Shown here: positions 53,641 through 64,000 of the stretch, in pieces
Layout: each line of letters begins with the position of its first letter
How positions within the stretch are numbered: position 1 is the first letter of the stretch
Assembly (NCBI RefSeq): GCF_009914755.1
Contig: NC_060925.1
Reading direction: 5' to 3' (one strand)
DNA length: 64,000 nt
Source: the human T2T-CHM13v2.0 reference genome, Homo sapiens
Translations under genes and position numbers: made by a program
The notes under the pieces: generated by a model
The model's input: only the letters and a program-made list of their open reading frames with translations
The model's database searches: none
What the model was told of the DNA's origin: nothing

Positions 53641-54222
53641 TTCCCCAGTTTTCTTAATCTCTTCTCTACCTGACCTGATTCATAGTAATATATTTATATT
53701 CCTCAATATGCATTCTACTATAGCAATATTTATTTTTTCATTCTCATTGGAGAATTGTGGATAATGTATTGACTTCAGAAAATATACATGTGTAATCAGT
53801 ATACAGGTAGACTACTGTGAGGGCCACCTTAGAGGGCTGTTTTTGGAAGCTCAGGATCCAATAAATCTAACACCCAAGACCCATGATTAGCTCTTCATGG
53901 GTAGTTGAGGTCTTTCAGGGGGGTTTATTTTTGGTTAGTTACCTATCTTAATCTTTTTGGTTCATATCTCTTATGGGGAGAGAGGTAGGGAGGGGCATGG
54001 AAAATATCCTATCAAACCTCCATTTATAATTGTGCTCACTATCTTATAAATAAGACAAGTAAATTTTTCTAAAACTTCGGAAGTTTTCTTGATAATTATA
54101 TAGTCATTTAAGGATTAATGAATTCTCTAAAGTTTAGCCAGTTATCCATATTAATGGTAGCTAAAAATTGAGAATGCCACAAAAATTTCAGACATCTGAC
54201 TTTTTAAAAATTAGAATTTTTT

Positions 54223-54537
54223 GGCAGGGTGTGGTGGCCTGTAATCCCAGCACCTTGGGAGGCCGAGGCAGGCAGATCACTTGAGGTCAGGAGTTCCAGA
54301 CCAGCCTGGCCAACATGGTGAAACTTTGCTCTACTAAAAAATACAAAAATTAGCTGGGCCTGATGGTGCACACTTATAATCCCAGCTACTTGGGAGGCTG
54401 AGGCAGGAGAATTGCTTCAATTTGGGAGGCAGAGGTTGCAGTGAGCCAAGATGGTGCTACTGCACTCCAGCCTGGGTGACTTGTGACTGGGCAACAGAGA
54501 GAGACTGTTAAAAAAATAAAAATAAATTTAAAAAAAA
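54223..54537 (+). mobile_element. AluS
   Basis: Full-length sense Alu with A tail. Confidence 0.93.
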
Positions 54538-54838
54538 GCTGGTGCAGTGGCTCACACCTGTAATCTAAGCACTTTGGGAGGCCAAGGCGGGTGGATTATC
54601 TGAGGTCAGGAGTTCAAGACCAGCGTGGCTAACATGGTGAAACCCTGTCTCTAGTAAAAATACAAAATTAGCCAGGTATGATGGCGGGCACCTATAGTCT
54701 CAGCTCCTCAGGAGGCTGAGACAGGAGAAGCACTTGGATCCGGGAGGTAGAGGCAGTAGTGAGCTGAGATCATGCCACTGCACTCCATCCTGGGCAAGAC
54801 AGAGTGAGACTCCATCTTTAAAAAAAAAAAAAAAAAAA
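54538..54838 (+). mobile_element. AluS, head-to-tail with the preceding Alu
   Basis: Sense Alu beginning directly in the A tail of the first. Confidence 0.93.
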
Positions 54839-55333
54839 GAATTTCTTCATGTAAAATGTCCTCTTTCATTTCTAAAAATTCAAAGTGTAGTTATTGTCCA
54901 TGAATTTGTATAAGTCCTAATATTTTCTTAAGACTTTTCCTAACTTGTAATTTCCAGGGACCTCAGCTTCTTCACATTCACATTCCCACCATATTTGTAG
55001 CCTAAGTGACCATTTATTGAGTACTTAATTGTTTACCAGGCTTTTAGTCAAGTACAATGAATAAAAAGATAAAAACACGGTCTTCAAACAACTTAAATTA
55101 AGGGGGGCACACCAATAAGACAATTAAAAATTATAACAGTACGGAAAATGCTATAATAGAAATAAGCACAAGGCTGTGAGGAAGAGACAAAGGACAGAAC
55201 TTTTTTGTGTGCATTTTTGGCAGATGGGGAGTAATCTAGTGAAATGGTGCCAGAAAAAAAGTCTTTTGTGCCAAAGCCCAAGTAAAAAATTTCTCATTAT
55301 ATTATAACCATTATATTTACTTTAAAATATTAT

Positions 55334-56242
55334 CTACTCATCTGACAAAGGGCTAATATCCAGAATCTACAAAGAACTCAAACAAATTTAAAAGAAGAAA
55401 ACAACCCCATCAAAAAGTAGGGGAAGGATATGAACAGACACTTCTCAAAAGAAGACATTGATGCAGCCAACAGACACATGAAAAAATGCTCATCATCACG
55501 GCCATCAGAGAAATGCAAATCAAAACCACAATGAGATACCATCTCACACTAGTTAGAATGGCGATCATTAAAAAGTCAGGAAACAACAGGTGTTGGAGAG
55601 GATGTGGAGAAATAGGAACACTTTTACACTGTTGGTGGGACTGTAAACTAGTTCAACCATTGTGGAAGTCAGTGTGGTGATTCCTCAGGGATCTAGAATT
55701 AGAAATACCATTTGACCCAGCCATCCCATTATTGGGTATATACCCAAAGGATTATAAATCATGCTGCTATAAAGACACATTTACACATCTGTTTATTGCG
55801 GCACTATTCACAATAGCAAAGACTTGGAACCAACCCAAATGTCCATCAGTGATAGACTGGATTGAGAAAATGTGGCACATATACACCATGGAATACTATG
55901 CAGCCATAAAAAAGGATGAGTTCATGTGGTTTGCAGGGACATGGATGAAGCTGGAAACCATCATTCTCAGCAAACTATCGCAAGGACAAAAAACCAGACA
56001 CTGCATGTTCTCACTCATAGATGGGAATTGTACAATGAGAACACTTGGACACAGGAATGGAAACACCACACACTGGGGCCTGTCGTGGGGTGGCGGGGAG
56101 TGGGGAGGGATAGCATTAGGAGATATACCTAATGCTAAATGATTAGTTAATGGGTGCAGCACATCAACACGGCGCATGTATACATATGTAACAAACCTGC
56201 ACGTTGTGCACACGTACCCTAGAATTTAAAGTATAACTAAAA
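55334..56242 (+). mobile_element. L1PA (about PA4-6) 3' fragment, ~0.9 kb
   Basis: ORF2 C-terminus ([18 protein letters not shown], stop at 55680) plus 3'UTR; TSD aaaatattat at 55324-55333 and 56243-56252. Confidence 0.96.
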
Positions 56243-58317
56243 AAAATATTATTGCTGGCAGTAGATTAATGGTAATAGTAATTAAAGATCTTCTGTCCCC
56301 AATATGAGTAAAATTTATAGATTATCTTATCTTTAGGTGTTTTCAAGCTATGTTTGCAAACATGTTAAGCATTGAGTATGACACTGAAAAGATAAACTTT
56401 TAAGTCCCTTCCAAATATAAGCAACTATAATTTTCCTATTCTCTATTAAGTTAGAATCTTATATTGATCTTTCTAGTGTTTGATTTACAGTATTATACCC
56501 TCCAGAGACTTTTTAAAGTTATACTGAAAGATTGTTATTTGGTCCAACTTTTTCTAGCTGTTGCTGAAGTTTGGTTGTTCTATCTTTAAATGTTTTATAT
56601 TTTATTTTATGACCAAGGCAATTTTTATCTTTCTTGTTGATGTTTATACTTTTCCAGTATTTATAATGGGTTATCACAATTTTAGATGTCCTTTACCCAA
56701 GGTGTATATATTTAAGGATTTAATCTAATTCATAAATTATTTATTCTTCCCAAAGTCATTTTTGCTTTGCCTCTGAATTTCCTCTAGGTCTTTTCGAACA
56801 TCCTGGTTTTGAGATACCCAGCTGAATGTATTTCAGCTCATTTACACACATGTGTATTTTATATATTGCTTCCTGCCCTGTAGCTCTTTGTTTTGGTTAT
56901 GTTTATTCCTAAACTATGGGAAGGGTTATGTAGCTGCCCAGTAAACAACAAAAGGCAGGCATGCATTTTCTAAGACAGACAGTGACAAACAAACCCTTTG
57001 CTTACTCTGAATCCCAGGTTAATATTACAAACCAAGTAATATCCAATATAAGAAATTAAAAAATTAAATTATAGCCGCTAGCTAACTCAGGCATAATCAA
57101 ATCATTATGTAGAAAGATTTCATATTGTATTCACTGGAGCTCTCAAACAAGCTTTATTTGATATCAAACTATATTTTCACAAATATTTGTTGTTCTCATT
57201 TGACCAAATAAAATATGAAAGTTGAGCTCAAACGTTGTTTATAATAGAATGACCTCTACTTGGGAATGCCCCTTTAAACAACAGATTTAAAATTTAAAAC
57301 ATGTTTGCCAACATTTGAAATTCCCCAAAGCTCGGATTAATTACCAAATGTTCCTGCAAGCTCAGCAGCCATAGCACCCTGAGCTCCACAGACCTTATTT
57401 TGTACAGAATTGGCCTGTTTTGAACTTTATGAACTCTTTGTAGATTTCTTCTTCACAGCATTCTTGCTCCTTTATGAAAAGTTCATTTTGCAGTCAGTAA
57501 ATGTTAGTTTAGGTCTATCATCCGCACACTGTAAGAAAATACTAGAAATTACCAAACAAATTTGGCCAACATAAATGAATTGCATAATTCATTTATACAT
57601 GAATTTCTTTAAAAGGAATTATATTCATAATTAGGCTTGTTCATTCACCCAGTCTCACAATAATTAACATCGACTAATTTTTCATAATAAACATTTATGA
57701 ATTCCTAAGAGTTTAGAAATGTACTCATCCTCAGTGATGGGTAAAATTCAGTCCTAATACTCATTATGAGTCACATATACTCATATATTATATACTTCAA
57801 TATGAGTCCTAAGCTCAAATTTGTGTACATCGCAATGCAAGTGTTAGGTGCTGGAACAAAGGTTTGTACAAGTTGCCAAGTGAGCACTGAAGGGGAACCC
57901 CCAACAGTTCCTGAAAAGGAGGACAGATTAAGGAACACTTTACAAAGAAGTCAAGATGAGAGCTGATATTAAAGAATAAATGAAGGACTTAGAAGATTAA
58001 GGATGGACTATGGCAAATGAAGAGGTAGGGAGGGAGGAAAAGGGAAGACCACATGGAACGATCGGCATGTGCCCAGTGCTCTGAAAAAGGTTAGTACAGT
58101 AACCAATCGTAGGTAATTTGATATGGTTTGAACTGAGGGTTTATATTGAAGAGTGGCAAGAGTTGAAGCTAGTAAGTGGGCAGAAGTTAGGTAACGGAGG
58201 ATTTTAAGTTTTATACTGAGAAGAGTAATTTTTATTTAATCCATGCCAGCGTCAATGACATGTTTTCAAAGCAGAAATATGTCTTTAGTAGATGGTGCTC
58301 AGTTTATCCTAGGGAGC

Positions 58318-58475
58318 TACCTACCTTCTCTACCTTCCTTTCTATCCTCTTTGCCTCCTCCCACTCTCTCTCTTTTCTCTCCTATCCCTTCTTCCTTATC
58401 TACTCCCCTTCTTTCTCCATACTCTCCATTCTCTCTTATTACCCTTCTCATCCACCTCCTAATTTTCTCCTGCCT
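58318..58475. repeat. Pyrimidine-rich low-complexity tract
   Basis: About 155 bp almost devoid of G. Confidence 0.8.
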
Positions 58476-58888
58476 TCATGGGTTAATTTATAGTGCTTTG
58501 ATTTTCTCTATCAAATCTGATATTTTAAACACTTCACATTATGCCAACATACCTTTTGAGTTTATCATCTTCAACTATTTTTTTAACCCAGACAGTTTAA
58601 AATAAAAACCAGTTATTTAGCCATTCTAAGATAGAAGTTCTAATATGGAAGTTCCTCCATCTATAACCAAAACACAGTGGAAAACAGATTATTCATCCAG
58701 ACTCACTATTTGAAAATATGGAAACAAGAAGAAAATGTTCTTTTAATAAAGTACATGTTATATTTTCTCTGACTTTAGGCAAATGACTTAAAACAACTTT
58801 CAATAGAATTAGAATATATAGCTCATATCTTCTAGCACACTTCCCTAATACATGGTGATTTTAGTGCTAAATCTTTTCATTTATGTGG

Positions 58889-61031
58889 TGTCTTAATCTG
58901 TTTTGTGTTGCTATGGAATACCATAGACTGGATGACTTATAAAGAAAAACAGTTATTTCTTATAGTTCTGGAGGCTGACAAGTCCAAGGTCAAGGGTCTA
59001 CATCTTGTGAGGGCCTTCTTGCTGTGTCATTCTATAGTGGGAGGCAAAGGGGCAAGAGAATGAGAGAAGGTAAAAGAGATATGTATATAGAGAGAGGAGA
59101 GATGGGGAAGGGAGACAAACTCATTCTTTTATCATGAACCCACGCCTGCAATTACTAACCTCCCTCACAGGGATAATGGCATTAAATCCATTAATGAAGG
59201 CAAAGCCCTCATAACCTAGTCTTAAGGTTAGGTTAAGATCTCACTTCTCAACACTGTTGCATTAGGGATTAAGTTTCCAACACATGAACTTCAGGGGACA
59301 TATTCCGATCATAGAATACCTCCACTGTAGCCCTCACATTCATATTCTTTTCACATGCAAAATATATTTATTTCATCCCAATAGCAACCCTACTCCCATG
59401 GCTCCAGTAGGCATTGCCCTAGTAGGGGTTCTTTGTGGTGGCTGTGTCCCTGTGACAAATCTTTGCCTGGGCTCCCAGGCTGTCTATGACATCTTTCAAA
59501 ATCTGGGTGCAGGCTGACATAACCCCACAGCTTTGGCACTCTGTGCATCTGCAGAATTAGCACCATGTGAACACTGCCAAGGATTACTGCTTGCATGGCC
59601 ACATCTGAGCCATCTTGAACCATGGCTGGGGCAGGTGAGCGGTGGCACTGTGCTGGAATGCAAGGAGTACAGTCCCAAGGCAACCCCAGGAAATGAATGC
59701 TGAGATTCCATGGTTGCCTTTCTGGAAATCTTGCCTCCAAGGTCCTGGCTTGTCTCAGATGTGTGAAATACCTTCAGAGCTATTCTCCCATCATCCTCAT
59801 GAATAGAACCTGCCTTTTTTCTATCCATATTCATCTCTTTAGCAAATGGTCCCTTTGCCACATCCTTAGTATTCTCCCCCAAACACACTTAAAAATTTTT
59901 TTACTTGGCCAGGCTGAGAGTTTTCAAAATATTTCCACTCTGTTTCCTTTTAATAATCATGTCTCATTTTTCTGATTTTACTATAAGTGTCTAGAAGAAG
60001 CCATGCAGCACCTTGAATACTTTACTGTTTGTATATATCTTCTCTCAGATATCCTAGTACATCACTCTTAAGTTCTGCCTTCCATAAGTCCTAGGCCTTG
60101 GACACAATTCTGCCAAGTTCATTGCAACTCTATGTAAAGACATACTTTACTCCAGTTTCCAACACTTTGTTTCTCATTTCCATCTGAGACCTCATTAGAA
60201 TGGCGTTTACTGTCTATTATTTCTGCCACCATTCTAATCACAATCATTAAGTAATATCTAAGTTCCAAAATTTTCCTACAGCTCTTCTTTACTTCTGAGC
60301 CCTCACTAGAATTGTCCTTAATGCTTCATTTATAGCAACCTAGGTTTTTTCCTAGCCCATTTCTCCAAATTCTTCCACCTTCTACCCATTACCCAGTTCC
60401 AAAGCTTTCACATTTTTAGGTCCTTCAGTTTAGATCCCCCACTTCTTGGGATCAATTTTCTGTCTTATCATGTTTTGTGTTGTTATGACAATACCACAGA
60501 CTGGGTAATTTATAAAGAAATAAATTTGTTTTTAAACAGTTCTTATTTTTATAGAGACAGGGTCTTGCTCTGTTGCCCAGGCTGGAATGCAGTGTTATAA
60601 TCATAGCTCACTGCAGTCTTAGTCTCTTGGGCTCAAGCAGTCCTTCTGCCTCAGCCTCCTGAGTATGCCTGGCTAAATTTTATTTTTTGTAGAGATAGGG
60701 TCTCACTATATTGAAGAAATGTATTTCTTACAGTTCGGAAGGATAGGAAATCCAAGGTCTTACATCTGGGACTTACATCTGGCAAGGGCTTTCTGGCTGT
60801 GTCATCCTATTGTGGAAGGCAGAAGGGCAAGAGAATGTGTGTGTGCACATGCATGGGGGAAGTCGGGGGTGGGGGGGAGAGAGAGAAACAGAGAGAGAGA
60901 GAGAAAGAGGGCTCAAACTAGAGCCCACATGACCTAATCATAACTTTTACAAGTCCCCCCTCTCAACACTGTTGCATTGAGGATTAAGTTTCCAACATGT
61001 GAACTTTGAGGGACACATTCAAACCATAGCA
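58889..61031 (-). mobile_element. Two-LTR MST (C/D-like) MaLR element: LTR 58889-~59315, internal ~59316-60460, LTR 60461-61031
   Basis: Two similar LTRs (tgtctta...ttttgtgttg...tctcaacactgttgcatt(a/g)(g/a)ggattaagtttccaaca) flanking MST-int motifs (cccatggctccagtaggcattgccctagtagg; acccagttccaaag; ccccacttcttgggatcaattttc). Confidence 0.88.
60545..60713 (-). mobile_element. Truncated AluJ-like fragment within the LTR
   Basis: agagacagggtcttgctctgttgcccaggctgg...tcatagctcactgcag...gtctcactatattg, with an internal deletion. Confidence 0.85.
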
Positions 61032-61999
61032 TGGTAGTCTTTTGGAATGCAAACATTTAAATGTATCAGTGATTCACCAAATATTTTACATACTATCAAC
61101 AAATGTGCTTGAAATTATATTTCTGTATTATACACAGTTTCCACAAGTATTTATATATTTTTGGATAGAAGGTTATTCAACTGAAGGGTTAAAGAGAAAT
61201 GTTAGAGTTATTTCTGTTAGAATAAATCAATATGTGTTCAAAGACCATCTCAAGTACTCAGTGAAGATTTAATGGGGAATTTGGACAGGAAAATTTCAAG
61301 GTTGGAAAAGGTGAATATAATGGCAGGGAAACTAAGATGTTATTTTTTGAGAGATTGTGTGAATTTCAGTTATGTATTATGAACTCGGTTATTTAATTCT
61401 GCCCTCTTATTCAACCTGATGTCAGATTTTATACAGATAAATGCCATTATGCTTTTATTATTCAACAACCATATATTTTAAGATGGCTCCCCTCCAATTA
61501 TTATTGCTGAGTCTTAAACTAGGTTCCTTGGCACGTTTGAACCCAGATATTTTATTTCTAAAGTCTTTAATGAAGTTGCCTGTTAGTGCGACAACAGTGC
61601 CTGATAGGAACAGGATAGTGTCTAAATATTGATTGTTGTGTCTTTCACAGCTTTTGATGTACTTCTATTTAATTCAGTTTAAAGAAATCAGGAGCTACAA
61701 ACTGGCAGATGAAGAGAGCACATTTAACTTTTTAAACATAACTCAGCTTATTTATATATAATATTAAAAATGAGAACATATGCAAATACTATTTATGGTG
61801 TTGGCTTGTACAGCTGTTGGTATTATATGCATAATATAGGTACATTTGAGAATTCTATATTTTTTACAATAAAATTTTATTTTCAAGACTCAGTACTCAG
61901 TGAATAGAGAAACAAAGTGTATAATAAGCATAGTTGTCTTGAGGTCTGAATACATTCATTAGCCAATTTCTGTTAAGCAATTACTAGCTCTATCCTTGG

Positions 62000-62355
62000 T
62001 GTCTTAATCAGTTCAGATTGCTATAATAAAAATTCCATAGACTGGATGTCTTAAACAACAAACATTTCTTTCTCATGGTTCTGAAACATGGAAGTCTGAG
62101 ATCAAAGCACCTACAGTTCCAGTGTCTGGTGAGGGCCCTCTTCCTGGTTTTCAGATGTCTGTGTTTTTATTATGTCTTCCCATGCCAGACAGAGAGATCA
62201 TTTCTCTTGTGGCTCTTGTAAGTGTTCTAATCTCATGCATGAGGAGGGCTCTCCCCTCATGACCTAATTACCTCCCAAAGGCTCTACCTCCAAATATCAC
62301 ACTGGAAATGAGGGCTTCAACATAAATATTTTGGGGAAAACATTCAGTCAATAAC
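62000..62355 (-). mobile_element. MLT1A-type LTR
   Basis: tgtcttaatcagttcagattgctataa...gtgtctggtgagggccctcttcctgg...catgacctaattacctcccaaagg...aacattcagtc. Confidence 0.88.
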
Positions 62356-62899
62356 CCTTAAATTCGTAGAATTATATAATCTAAAATGGTTTATTGGCTC
62401 AGATAAATGAAAAGCACATTAAACATTGCTGGTATATAAAAGCTTCCATATAGAATGATTTAGACATTGCATAACAAAAAGAAAATCAACACAGAAGAAC
62501 TGAAACATATATTCTAGAGTAGGTATAGAAGCCTCTGTTTCTTCATGTGTGAATTGTTATTTAGGAGATCAAACTTGAGTATTTGGGCATTCAATTTTTT
62601 GAATTACTTATTTTTAAAGTAATTCAAATACAATACAAAACTTAAATCAAATAGTACCCACAGATGTATGATGAAAGGTCAAGGTATTTCTAATGACTTC
62701 TGCCTTTGGCACTATGGTAGATTAACTAGCTGAAAAACCTTCTGTTTTTTATTTTTCTATTATTAAAAGCTAGATAATCTGGATTAAAAAAACACTTATA
62801 GTAGAATATTTAAGCTTATAGAAAAGTAGGGAAAATTCCCTGGAGAGAAAAAATAAAGTAAACATGAGAAGTTGACTCTGAATTTTAGGAGCATTAGAT

Positions 62900-63784
62900 G
62901 AATTCAATAGAAGTTTAGATATTAATAGCTGTGCAGAGGACAGGAGAGACAAAGCTTTGGTCAAGTAGAAAGTAGGAAGTTGGAAGTAAAATATCTGCAT
63001 GGGGCTGGTAATTTCCAAGCTCTTCATAACAAAAGAAATTAAGACCTCTACTCAGAGAAAAACAAACGTAGAAAGAAGAAAGTCTAAGTAAATGGGGGAA
63101 CATATTAATATTATGTTTGTGGATTAGAACACCAAATAATTTCAATATGTTATTTCTTTACAGATTTTCTATAGTTTCATTTCAATCCTTAATTTGCGAT
63201 GAGACTGTTCTTTTTTAATATTAACAAGTAGATTTTATAATTTATTATATGTGGAAATTTAATAGGCTATGCATAGCTGATAATCTTGAATACTGTGAAT
63301 AAAGGAGACTTTAATATATTCTTGATATATTAAGAATTATTATAAATATATAGTATTATAATTAAGAAAGTGGAACTTTTAATAGGCCATACAGATAGAA
63401 AAACAGAAGAATGGAAGTCCAGAAATAAATGCATGCATATGTAGAAACTTAACTTAACCAGGACTTAATGACCAAAGTAGCCATATAGAAGAGTAGTGAA
63501 AAAGCGGTCTTTTAAAAAGTGATGATATATTAATTGGACATCCATATGCAAAAAAAAAGAATCTTCACTTCTACCCCACACCATATGTAAAATTATAAAA
63601 TTAATAAACACACATACATATCCTGTTAGAGTGTATATCTCAAATTCAAATCTAAGTGTATGTCTTTTAGATGCAATAGAAAATGTTATAAATTTACAAG
63701 GCAAACATTTCTGAAATAGGACATCATTAGCACTGATTATGAAGGAAAAGATTGGTAAATTGGCCTACATTGACATTAACAGCT
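62900..63784 (+). mobile_element. Ancient L1M ORF2 3' remnant
   Basis: aagtccagaaataaatgcatgcatatgtagaaact, aattggacatccatatgcaaaaaa, aaggaaaagattggtaaattggcctacatt. Confidence 0.7.
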
Positions 63785-64000
63785 TGATATGGTTTGGCTG
63801 TGTCCCCACCCAAATCTCATCTTGAATTGTAGTTCCCATAACACTCACATGGGCAGGTAATTAAATCATGGGGGAAGTTACCCACATGCTGCTCTTCTCA
63901 TGATACTGAGTTTTCATGAGATCTGATGGTTTTATTAGGGACTTTTCCTCCTTTGCTTGGCACTTCTCTCTCCTGCCGCCATTTGAAGAAGGACATGTTT
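63785..64000 (+). mobile_element. THE1D-like LTR, cut by the window end
   Basis: tgatatggtttggctgtgtccccacccaaatctcatcttgaattgtagttcccata. Confidence 0.93.

Noticed and set aside
58243-58605. 120-aa Ser/Pro/Leu-rich ORF
   Set aside because: Product of a pyrimidine-rich low-complexity tract, with no splice or homology support.

Overview
This is AT-rich, CpG-depleted primate (human-like) genomic DNA with no CpG island, no supportable protein-coding gene and no RNA gene, so it is intergenic or deep intronic. A large share is interspersed repeat: L1 (L1PA, L1PB, L1MA, L1M), Alu (J, S, Y), L2, L3/CR1, MIR, MaLR LTRs (MLT1, MST, THE1), ERV1/ERVL solo LTRs, a near full-length Tigger1 and several MITEs. 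The recognisable protein-like ORFs in the track are decayed L1 ORF2 pieces; the rest look like chance or repeat-derived ORFs. Subfamily names come from my recall of consensus sequences and need Dfam/RepeatMasker confirmation. I found no new gene system. The most notable structure is four short (100-360 bp), non-tandem, same-orientation local copies lying 1-4 kb from their partners: 20280/24063, 25883/27077, 41486/45639 and 49267/51140. One of them appears to sit inside the target-site duplication (TSD) of an L1 insertion, and others carry fold-back or filler junction scars. Several atypical retrotransposition products are also visible: a twin-primed L1 with a ~90-bp filler, a left-arm-only Alu with a TSD, and an ~80-bp young L1.
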